Below are positions 8,999 to 17,179 of a DNA stretch of 64,000 nt, piece after piece. Each line of letters opens with the position of its first letter. Positions within the stretch are counted from its first letter, which is position 1. A model generated the notes under the pieces. The model was not told the origin of the DNA. It did no database searches and worked only from the letters and a program-made list of their open reading frames with translations. A program made the translations under genes and the position numbers. The stretch lies in the IMG/VR virus record IMGVR_UViG_3300037297_000386; one strand, given 5' to 3'. The DNA comes from a virus (Duplodnaviria; Caudoviricetes).

Positions 8999-9368
8999 AA
9001 TATATCCTTGCTGTAGCCCAACAATATTGTTTTGCTCTTTTCAAAAAATCATATATTCCGATAATTTCATTTATAATAATAGAATTTGAACGTCCAATAT
9101 TATTATTAAATATTTTGTCTCTTTTTATTTTTAAAAGGGCGGTTTTCAATTTCCTTGTATTAGTGTATTCAATTGCATCATCTAAAATAAAATCTGGCAT
9201 ATTCTTCAAAACAAAATTTCTATTTCTATTTATATCAATTAAATAAAAATAGAAAAATATCGGTAAGGAATAATTCATTGTAATTGGTGAGAACCCAATT
9301 CCAGCTCCAAGTGCTCCAAGTGCTCCAACACTAGGAGTAGCAGCTTTTACATTATACTGATTATTCAT
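8988..9368 (-). CDS. Hypothetical protein with Gly/Ala-rich N-terminal extension
   Basis: ATG after AGGA; GALGALGAG encoded by a 9-bp repeat; a second Met at MNYSLPIFF is an alternative start. Confidence 0.5.
   Translation of the reverse strand: MNNQYNVKAATPSVGALGALGAGIGFSPITMNYSLPIFFYFYLIDINRNRNFVLKNMPDFILDDAIEYTNTRKLKTALLKIKRDKIFNNNIGRSNSIIINEIIGIYDFLKRAKQYCWATARIYFDA
9305..9328. repeat. 9-bp tandem repeat (CTCCAAGTG x2.7)
   Basis: ctccaagtg ctccaagtg ctccaa read directly from the + strand. Confidence 0.8.
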
Positions 9369-9621
9369 CTTTCAATCCTGCCAAATCATACATTAGAGCC
9401 CGTTTTTTAATATCATCTCTCCATTCTTGAAGTTTGTCAATCGTCGTATTTATTATCTTCATTCGTTCCTCATAAGTCAAACGCCTGTTTTCTGTATCGC
9501 TGAATAAGCAAACAGACATTAAAAAAGTTCCCATATCATAGTTCACATCACCAGAATTTAAATTCAACCTAGCAGTAAATTTTGGAAACTTTATATCTTC
9601 ATTATAATATTTCTCTCTCAT
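9361..9621 (-). CDS. Small hypothetical protein
   Basis: 86-aa ORF; ATGA overlap with the upstream GT4 stop. Confidence 0.55.
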   Translation of the reverse strand: MREKYYNEDIKFPKFTARLNLNSGDVNYDMGTFLMSVCLFSDTENRRLTYEERMKIINTTIDKLQEWRDDIKKRALMYDLAGLKDE

Positions 9622-10622
9622 ATTCCCATCGCTTTCAGATATTTATCGACCATAATATCAAGGTTTAAATTCGTACAAGCATGTTTTCTTGCACGAATTT
9701 TGTAATTATTAAGATCTGGAATTATTTTTTCTACTCCATCTGCTAATTTTTTAACATAGTCCGGGCCATAATTCCAATGTCCACCACTATCTACTATTAT
9801 ACCCTCTTTACTGTTAGAAATTATCTCCGCATTACCCCCCCAGCGAGGTAAAATTGTAGGGAGGCCTGACGCAAGCGCTTCAGGAATAACATTATCGCTT
9901 GATGAACCCATTCTTGGCGCAAGATAAATATCTCCTTGATTAAATAACTTAGGGGCCATTGTGTTCGGGACAACACCAAGATAACTAATATCTGGATCAG
10001 ATTTGTATTGATTATAAATATTTATGCATTCTGCATCCATATTTCCTGCTATCTTTAATTTAATATTTGAGTGGCCGCGTTTTTTAAGCTCTTTATAAGT
10101 AAAAATAAGTGATTCCATTATGTAACCATCTCTTACTTTTCCTATGTGAAATAACACAATATCTTGATCTGAAGACCTCGGCACTGGTTTAAAAAGATTA
10201 ATATCAACACCATTATGAATTATAGACCAATTTCTATCTTGTCTCTTTATAATTTCTTTATTTATTCTATCCATACTAAATAAACTCTGGAAAATCACAT
10301 GGTCAACGCTTGGTATATCGGTTTTAAGTTTATTGTGCAAAGAATTCATATCGGATCGCCATTCTCTACCTGGGCCACCGTGCCAATATTCTTTAAAATA
10401 TGCACCATCAATTCGTAATACAACCTTCGTCTTTTGTCGATTAATTTTCTTTAATACTCTCCCCGTTTCTATTATACACAACACAACATCTGCCCTGTTT
10501 GGCTTGTCGTATATTACTTTATATCCTCGTTTCTGAACAGCCTGTGCAAATTTATACACGAATACATGAGGGCCACCCCCCGTCGGACTTCCAACAAATG
10601 GCAGGTGAATGATTTTTGACAT
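9618..10622 (-). CDS. GT4 family (GT-B) glycosyltransferase
   Basis: GGGPHVF, IIHNGVDINLF, IYLAP...SSDNVIPEALASGLP motif. Confidence 0.85.
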   Translation of the reverse strand: MSKIIHLPFVGSPTGGGPHVFVYKFAQAVQKRGYKVIYDKPNRADVVLCIIETGRVLKKINRQKTKVVLRIDGAYFKEYWHGGPGREWRSDMNSLHNKLKTDIPSVDHVIFQSLFSMDRINKEIIKRQDRNWSIIHNGVDINLFKPVPRSSDQDIVLFHIGKVRDGYIMESLIFTYKELKKRGHSNIKLKIAGNMDAECINIYNQYKSDPDISYLGVVPNTMAPKLFNQGDIYLAPRMGSSSDNVIPEALASGLPTILPRWGGNAEIISNSKEGIIVDSGGHWNYGPDYVKKLADGVEKIIPDLNNYKIRARKHACTNLNLDIMVDKYLKAMGI

Positions 10623-10672
10623 TATTTTATAACTCCTTCTTCCCTAAATCTTTCTGTCCTTTATTTTATCTA

Positions 10673-10804
10673 TCATGCTATCTCCAATAACTTTCCATTA
10701 CGCCAATCTATTACATATATTTTCGTACGCCCATATAATGTTAATCGCAAGAATTTACCTTGCTGTTTTACACAATCTCCACTAACAAGCTCTTTGGCAA
10801 ACAT
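10673..10804 (-). CDS. Possible 43-aa protein
   Basis: MFAKELVSGDC... fills the gap between glmM and the GT4; the longer track version overlaps glmM. Confidence 0.35.
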   Translation of the reverse strand: MFAKELVSGDCVKQQGKFLRLTLYGRTKIYVIDWRNGKLLEIA

Positions 10805-10832
10805 AATCTTATATATTTTCCACACTGCCCAA

Positions 10833-12194
10833 TTAATCTTGTAAAGAGGTGATAGCTGCCGTTTTGATACATTCTGCAAGCTGTTTTGCCAATTTTGCAT
10901 CATCTGATTCCACCATTATACGCAATTTCATTTCTGTTCCACTGTATCTAACTAAAATGCGTCCTTCACCATTAAGATGATCATATGCTAATTGGATAAC
11001 TTCCTGCATTTCAGTCATCTCTTTTAATGGCATTTTTTTCTCTACTGGCAAATTAATTATATGTTGAGGATACAAACTAAACTCTCCAGAAAGCTCAGAT
11101 GCCTTTATTTGCCTAGATTTCATCATCTCTAATAATTTGAGAGCTGCCACTATTCCATCTCCAGTTGTAGCATAATCCATATATATAATATGACCTGAAT
11201 TTTCTCCGCCAAATTTAATACCATATTCTCGCATTTTATCTATAACATACCTATCACCAACTTTGGTCCGATGCAATTTACAACCCAAAGAAGATGCATA
11301 ATTTCCTAGCCCAGCATTTGACATTGTAGTAACAACTGCTTCTTTAAAGCAAGAATCCTCCAATAGTTTCCCAAGAAGAATATCTCCATCAACCATTATA
11401 CCATTTTCGTCAACAACAACTAATCTATCAGCATCTCCATCTAATGCAATTCCGACATCGCAACTATTACTCGTAACTATATTAGAAAGAAGATTTGGAT
11501 ATATAGCACCACACTCTTCATTTATGTTTGTACCATTTGGTTTGTTTCCAATAACCATTACATTAGCTCCGAGCTCTTCAAATACTGTTGGGGCAATCTT
11601 ATAGGCAGCACCATTAGCACAATCAACAGCTATCTTCGTCCCAACCAAATTCATACTTTTTGGAAATATACTCTTTAAATGTGCAATATATCTGCCACGA
11701 GCGTCTTCTATTTTAAATGCTTTACCGACTAATTCTTCTTTCGGATATGAATTATCCTCAGTAGATATAAGGTTGTCCGTTGAATAATGGCCCAAAATAT
11801 GCTGTTCTATCTCATCTTCCTGTGAGTCTGTGAATTTGAACCCATCTGGCCCGAATACTTTTATACCATTATCCTCAAATGAGTTATGACTGGCCGTGAT
11901 CATAATTCCAGCATCACAACGCATATCAACTGTCAAATAAGCAATTCCAGGTGTTGGTATTGGTCCTGTTAATAATACGTCAGCTCCCATTGAACATACA
12001 CCAGATATTAAAGCTGCCTCAATCATATAACACGACAGCCTAGTGTCCTTACCAATAACAATTTTCGGACGTTTAAATCGCTTGCGCGCTTGATAGGCGA
12101 TTGATCTTCCAAGAGCCAATGCGACTTCGCTAGTCATAGGATACAAATTTGCTGTACCACGAATTCCATCTGTTCCAAAGATCCTCTTTTTCAT
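10833..12194 (-). CDS. glmM: Phosphoglucosamine mutase
   Basis: FGTDGIRG, GKDTRLS, TPG, TASHN (phosphoserine), DGDADR (metal loop), VGDRY, GGENSGH, RYSGTE; ATG 12194 follows GAGGTG. Confidence 0.93.
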   Translation of the reverse strand: MKKRIFGTDGIRGTANLYPMTSEVALALGRSIAYQARKRFKRPKIVIGKDTRLSCYMIEAALISGVCSMGADVLLTGPIPTPGIAYLTVDMRCDAGIMITASHNSFEDNGIKVFGPDGFKFTDSQEDEIEQHILGHYSTDNLISTEDNSYPKEELVGKAFKIEDARGRYIAHLKSIFPKSMNLVGTKIAVDCANGAAYKIAPTVFEELGANVMVIGNKPNGTNINEECGAIYPNLLSNIVTSNSCDVGIALDGDADRLVVVDENGIMVDGDILLGKLLEDSCFKEAVVTTMSNAGLGNYASSLGCKLHRTKVGDRYVIDKMREYGIKFGGENSGHIIYMDYATTGDGIVAALKLLEMMKSRQIKASELSGEFSLYPQHIINLPVEKKMPLKEMTEMQEVIQLAYDHLNGEGRILVRYSGTEMKLRIMVESDDAKLAKQLAECIKTAAITSLQD

Positions 12195-12205
12195 AACCCA
12201 CCTCG

Positions 12206-12958
12206 TCATGACCATTTTCTTGAGCCATCACTATTAAATTTGACGGGAATAGAAAATGGAACATATACACTATTTTTCTTAATATATTTTCTCATATTCT
12301 TAGATACCTTAAGAGCCTGTTTAGAATCTGACCTATGAGCATCTTTTTTATACACATTGTTAGTATCATTAATTCCAAGATGAATTCCTTTATTTAATAT
12401 GTATCCATTAATTAATCCTAAACATCTCATTCGTATATACATATCACAATCTTCGCCACCGTATATAAAATCAGCAGAATAGTATCCAACTTTGTTAAAA
12501 ACTTTGCGTGGTAAACAAATACAAGCACCGCCTATGTTACCGGATTTAAACTGTATACTGACACCATTTTTATTTACTATTGGATAATCATCCTTCTCAA
12601 CGCTAACACCAATCATTCCTAATTCTTTTATGCTATCACAAGCGGTTATTAAATCTTTATCGTATCCAGGTGGTACTAATATATCGTTGTCTATTGTCAT
12701 TATATATTTACCTAAAGCATGAATCATACCAGAATTACGACCACCGGGAACGCCATAGTTATATTTGTTAAAGATAAGCAGTTCACGTTTAGCATTAGTT
12801 TTACCCTTTAACGACCGTAAGTATAACCTAGTAGAACTTGTTGAATTGTTATCTACGAAAATAAACTCATGCCTTACCGTAGTATTAGTTATCAAATTAC
12901 TAATAGTCTTCTTTGTGTATTCTAATCTATTGCGACACAAAACAATAATTGATAACAT
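12206..12958 (-). CDS. GT2 family glycosyltransferase
   Basis: SIIVL..NRLEY, FVDNNS, GVPGGRNSG, IDNDILV, GGEDCD. Confidence 0.85.
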   Translation of the reverse strand: MLSIIVLCRNRLEYTKKTISNLITNTTVRHEFIFVDNNSTSSTRLYLRSLKGKTNAKRELLIFNKYNYGVPGGRNSGMIHALGKYIMTIDNDILVPPGYDKDLITACDSIKELGMIGVSVEKDDYPIVNKNGVSIQFKSGNIGGACICLPRKVFNKVGYYSADFIYGGEDCDMYIRMRCLGLINGYILNKGIHLGINDTNNVYKKDAHRSDSKQALKVSKNMRKYIKKNSVYVPFSIPVKFNSDGSRKWS

Positions 12959-12967
12959 ATTATAAAA

Positions 12968-13162
12968 TCATCTCCCAGACAACATAACATCTTCTGGCTT
13001 GAGTTGTAATATTCTACCTATTTTCCTATCTACCATATACTTATTCACAAATGAATGGGCTCCCCAATAAAAGAGCGCCGAAAGTGAATCACCATTTTGT
13101 TTAACATTACATCTGTATCTTAGCATAATCCTGTACAAATCTTTTACACATCCATCTTCCAT
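12968..13162 (-). CDS. 64-aa hypothetical protein
   Basis: ATG 13162 in a TAATG overlap with the upstream stop; the track's longer version is a frame overlap. Confidence 0.5.
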   Translation of the reverse strand: MEDGCVKDLYRIMLRYRCNVKQNGDSLSALFYWGAHSFVNKYMVDRKIGRILQLKPEDVMLSGR

Positions 13163-13929
13163 TACACAAGTCCTAATTTTGTCCATCGCTCTCTGAACAA
13201 CTTTTGCATATTTCTCCAATCTGCAGTTTGTTGTGGGCTGTGCTGACGTTCCACCTGCTGATCGTGCTGACGCCATTGATATAAAACCTTATTAATTTTA
13301 ACAACCGGATATCTTTCCAACATACGTCCAGCAGCATTATAATCAGTAGCATATTGATATACTGTATCAAAACCACCAATGTCGTTCAAACATCTAATTC
13401 TAAAAGATCTCTGATGTCCTATGGGATTTTGGGTTAAAAAAATCCGTCGCAATAGATTTTGCCCTTCTGGTGTGAATTGATTTTTGACTAGTTTTGCTTT
13501 TGGGTGATCTTTAATTTTTATTTTATCATGTTTATTTATAATATTAAATCCACTATAAGTTTGTCCTATTTCAGGATGAGCATCAAACATTTTTTCTACT
13601 TCTTCGAGAGCATTCGGCATCAAAAGGTCATCACTATCTAATACTGATAAAATTTTGGCATTTTTAGCATTGTCTGGTATCCATTTATTCAATACATAAT
13701 TGTACGCTTTTTGTTGGCCTAAATTAGTATTCATACGAACAAAATACATATGTTTGTATTTTTTACAAAATATTTCGCAAACTTTGTCAGCACCATCATT
13801 AGAATTATTATCAATAACTAAATGAATCCATTTGTTTTTGTTCAGTGTCTGGTTTACAGCAGATTGTAGAGATTTACCAACAAGTGATCTTCTGTTATGA
13901 ACAAGGGTCACCAAAACTATTTTAACCAT
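13162..13929 (-). CDS. GT2 family glycosyltransferase
   Basis: VTLVHNR, VIDNNSNDG, LDSDDLL, ATDY, LYQWRQH. Confidence 0.85.
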   Translation of the reverse strand: MVKIVLVTLVHNRRSLVGKSLQSAVNQTLNKNKWIHLVIDNNSNDGADKVCEIFCKKYKHMYFVRMNTNLGQQKAYNYVLNKWIPDNAKNAKILSVLDSDDLLMPNALEEVEKMFDAHPEIGQTYSGFNIINKHDKIKIKDHPKAKLVKNQFTPEGQNLLRRIFLTQNPIGHQRSFRIRCLNDIGGFDTVYQYATDYNAAGRMLERYPVVKINKVLYQWRQHDQQVERQHSPQQTADWRNMQKLFRERWTKLGLV

Positions 13930-14531
13930 TAAGCAACACTCCTAGCGAAATCTACAGCCATCTGCCGACAATCCTCAAGTGTCTTGGCTTCCCATTCGCC
14001 ACGGCCGGTATTTATTATATAACTATTTATTATTGGATCAGAACATTTAAGGTCACTATCCGGATTATTAGGGTCTATAGGAACTGCTTTGTAAGAATAA
14101 TGTTCTATCGTCAATCCATTTATATCTGCACCTATAATCCTTTTCCTTTCGCTATCAGTAAGACCAGCATATAGTTCTAATATATTTCTAGGAGTATATG
14201 CACAGTCTCCTTTTCGAACTTTTGATCCTATTCCAAAACCATACATTGCACGATGCGAAAAGCCCCACCACTTTTGTTCTTCTTCAGAGAAACCTATCGA
14301 ACAGACGTTGTAATCTGGACTTATTTTTTCTAATTTGAGCCCTTTCTTTTTACACAAAAAGTGCGCAATTTTTGGATCACCTATATAGTCTCCAGAATGT
14401 GTGTAAGCAGTCTTCATAATAAAATCAGAACCATTATATTCAGATCCATCACACAATTCTTCCCTTACTTCATATCCTGCTTTGTATCTTCTCTTACTCA
14501 ATATTTTTTTACATGTCATCTTATGTACCAC
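13929..14531 (-). CDS. Phage hypothetical protein
   Basis: CSIGFSEEEQKWWGFSHRAMYGFGIG motif that I recall from phage hypothetical proteins; function unknown. Confidence 0.6.
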   Translation of the reverse strand: MVHKMTCKKILSKRRYKAGYEVREELCDGSEYNGSDFIMKTAYTHSGDYIGDPKIAHFLCKKKGLKLEKISPDYNVCSIGFSEEEQKWWGFSHRAMYGFGIGSKVRKGDCAYTPRNILELYAGLTDSERKRIIGADINGLTIEHYSYKAVPIDPNNPDSDLKCSDPIINSYIINTGRGEWEAKTLEDCRQMAVDFARSVA

Positions 14532-14713
14532 CTATTAGTAATATAAATAAGATCATTGTGTTTCTCACGAATATAACTAATCAAATATTTATTTGTATAT
14601 TCGACCAAGCACCACATTGTCTTTATAATTAATCTACTTTTTAACTCCGATTCTAATTTGATATTATATTTTCTTGTTATATCATTTATTAGTTTAGCTA
14701 TTCTATTAAACAT
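14516..14713 (-). CDS. Small hypothetical protein
   Basis: 65-aa ORF in the operon. Confidence 0.45.
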   Translation of the reverse strand: MFNRIAKLINDITRKYNIKLESELKSRLIIKTMWCLVEYTNKYLISYIREKHNDLIYITNRWYIR

Positions 14714-15105
14714 TATTTTTTGTGCCCATTTCTTCAGGATAAATTAAATCATCATATTCTCCATGAATGTAACTAGCTAAACATTTCCTAGACCATTTCA
14801 TTTGTTCTGAATTATAATCCCATTTCCTACCGTATTTAGTAGCTTCAGTCAATCCAGTTTCCCACGCACACCCTTCATCTGACAATGTACTCATTGAATA
14901 TTTTCTTCCACTTTGACGTAAACTATTTCCGTTTATTATGTGTCCTAGTTCATGCCAAAAACACAATTCTTTAATCCATTGTTTATTAGATGGGAAAACC
15001 CATATCGTATCGATAGTACACCCACCACAATCTCTCCGTCCCGATTCTTTATCATAAATTAACTTGACATCGTATTTTTTTTTTTTTTTTTGCTACACTT
15101 CGCAT
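14706..15105 (-). pseudogene. HEXXH zincin/ImmA-IrrE-like metallopeptidase interrupted by an A17 tract
   Basis: AAAAGAG-ATG CGA AGT GTA GC(A17)TAC; removing one A gives a 132-aa ORF MRSVAKKKKKYDVKLIY...ELCFWHELGH...SDEGCAW. With 17 A the ATG frame stops after 17 codons. Confidence 0.7.
15075..15091. repeat. T17/A17 homopolymer
   Basis: Counted directly from the sequence. Confidence 0.95.
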
Positions 15106-15125
15106 CTCTTTTAATAACAAGCTTT

Positions 15126-15395
15126 TCAAGATTCCTGCCCTAAATCTTTAAGAAGTTTCTCCTTGCGATCATACCACTCAACAGCTGCAACAGCCAAAGC
15201 AGCTACTCTAATCATCTGAGCCCTAAAAATATTACCGTTCCAAGGCCACATAACCGTCTTACCAAGATGTTTTATTATAAAGGCGGCCCAATCATGACTA
15301 CCGTGCTGATCATCGTGAAAATCTCCGCCCCATTTATTATCCTGATTTTTACGTTCTCCTAGGACTTCCTTTACGATTTTTTCTTGATTTGTCAT
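15126..15395 (-). CDS. MazG-like all-alpha NTP pyrophosphohydrolase family protein
   Basis: EVLGERKNQDNKWG..H...DWAAFI ... MIRVAALAVAAVEW pattern. Confidence 0.6.
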   Translation of the reverse strand: MTNQEKIVKEVLGERKNQDNKWGGDFHDDQHGSHDWAAFIIKHLGKTVMWPWNGNIFRAQMIRVAALAVAAVEWYDRKEKLLKDLGQES

Positions 15396-15397
15396 TT

Positions 15398-15878
15398 TTA
15401 TTGCTCCTTTATTCCAGCTAAATTTAAAATCATTGACTTCTTATATACTTCTTTCATTTCTTCTTTAGCCATATCTATAGAAGACGTATATGCATCTAAT
15501 TGTTTTTTACCCATTTTATGTTTATTGATATTAACATATTCATTAACAAAGTAAACATATTTTTTTTAAAAAATAATATTGATCAGAATAATTTAGAGAA
15601 TCTGGAATAAACCCGTTGTTTTCCATATAAACAGACAAACGCTCTGACCTATCTGAACTATCCCAGGTATATTTATGGTTTAATCTCAAAATAGTAAAAA
15701 TCAATTCACAGACGATACAATCTAATATAGCAAATAATCCAATTATAATGCCTTTAAGGTTTAGTAATTCACTTGGTATTTCCCAATTATTACCATCAAC
15801 AGCGCATAAAAAAGCACAGACTGCTAATTGAGGACGTACTAGTAATTTGTTGTATAGTATCTTAGATATTTTGTTCAT
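15398..15878 (-). pseudogene. Frameshifted paralog of 15900..16352 (extra A in an A8 run)
   Basis: Removing one A at 15560-15567 extends the ORF to 159 aa ending MAKEEMKEVYKKSMILNLAGIKEQ, matching AKKEMKELYEDALVLGLAEIEK of the neighbour. Confidence 0.7.
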
Positions 15879-15899
15879 ATTATAATTATTTCTTTATGT

Positions 15900-16352
15900 T
15901 TATTTTTCTATTTCAGCGAGACCCAGAACAAGTGCATCTTCATAAAGTTCCTTCATTTCTTTTTTTGCTTTTGCGATAAGATTATGATAAATGCTCAAAT
16001 CTTGTTTCATTTCTATTCCACTCATAATATAACGTACCCATAATATATATTTCTTTAAAAAATAATATTTATCGGCACTAGTGAGTCGGTATTTACTATA
16101 ACCATTTTTTTCTATATATTCCATAGCATCTTTATGTTTTTTAGTATCTATAAATTTTTTATCATCCCATCGCATGACGAAGCACAAAATTATATAAAAA
16201 CATTGATGTAATATGTTTACACAAGAAGCTAGGACGCCTTTAATATTTAATATTTTATCGGGTATTTTGTAACCAAATGCATCAATAAATAAGGGTACAG
16301 CTACAAACAATTGTGGTCGAACCCACCATTTATTGTATATTTTCTTGAGCAT
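15900..16352 (-). CDS. Hypothetical protein (tandem duplicate)
   Basis: YNK..VRPQL, IP..LLN.KG and YYFLKK are shared with the adjacent copy. Confidence 0.7.
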   Translation of the reverse strand: MLKKIYNKWWVRPQLFVAVPLFIDAFGYKIPDKILNIKGVLASCVNILHQCFYIILCFVMRWDDKKFIDTKKHKDAMEYIEKNGYSKYRLTSADKYYFLKKYILWVRYIMSGIEMKQDLSIYHNLIAKAKKEMKELYEDALVLGLAEIEK

Positions 16353-17179
16353 TATTTTCTATCTTTCATTATCAAATCGTTTGTAAAAATATCTTTATCG
16401 ACTGGGTTATAACCTTTAGGATCTAAATATGGTGTATAAATATTTTTAGTTTTTCTCATCTCAATAACAGCTTTTGATAATTCCATCAATTGTATTGATT
16501 TTTTTCTATGAGCATTATTTTTAGCCAATCTGTATTTCTTATCCTTATCCTTATCTAAATGAATCCCTTTTCCTGGGATATAAGCACTAATCAAACCAAG
16601 AATATCTAATTTTGATCTTAAAAAACTATCTTCATGCCCATATATAGTGCCTTTACCGAATCCATAATATCCTACTCTTTTAAAAACCCTGTATGGAAGG
16701 GCAAGAGCAGCACCACCAAGATTGCCAATACTTTTAATTTGGACATCGACTCCATTTATATTTTTTATAGGATACTTAGTATTTTCAACGTTAACACCAG
16801 TAAGACCAATTTTTGGTACTTTATTACATATCTCCATAATTTTTTTGTCATAATTATCTGGGACCAACACATCATCATCTATATTGAATATAACATTATA
16901 TTTATACTTACTTTGTTCGACTGCATAAATACCACTATTTCGTCCGCCCGAAACACCAAGATTAGTGAAATTATCTACATATAAAACATCTTCTGCATTA
17001 GTATTTTGTCTTGTAATACTATGCAAGTAATCTTTCACTCCAGTTTTTTTAGCACTATTATTATCAACAAGAATCAAAATATGTGGAACTGTTGTCTTTT
17101 TAATTATACATTCTATTGTAGAACGACTGTATTCCAATCTGTTCCAATTGAGAATTATTATACTCATTAAATTATTCAT
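16352..17179 (-). CDS. GT2 family glycosyltransferase, paralog of 12206..12958
   Basis: SIIILNWNRLEY, LVDNNS, GVSGGRNSG, IDDDVLV, GHEDS. Confidence 0.85.
   Translation of the reverse strand: MNNLMSIIILNWNRLEYSRSTIECIIKKTTVPHILILVDNNSAKKTGVKDYLHSITRQNTNAEDVLYVDNFTNLGVSGGRNSGIYAVEQSKYKYNVIFNIDDDVLVPDNYDKKIMEICNKVPKIGLTGVNVENTKYPIKNINGVDVQIKSIGNLGGAALALPYRVFKRVGYYGFGKGTIYGHEDSFLRSKLDILGLISAYIPGKGIHLDKDKDKKYRLAKNNAHRKKSIQLMELSKAVIEMRKTKNIYTPYLDPKGYNPVDKDIFTNDLIMKDRK

Noticed and set aside
9281-9300. tRNA-like anticodon stem-loop (AATTGG-GTTCTCA-CCAATT)
   Set aside because: No D or T arms, acceptor stem or GTTCGA motif; no tRNA was found anywhere in the window.
12968-13379. Long versions of ORFs 12968..13276 and 13173..13379
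   Set aside because: They overlap the GT2 gene in other frames; only the part from ATG 13162 is plausible.
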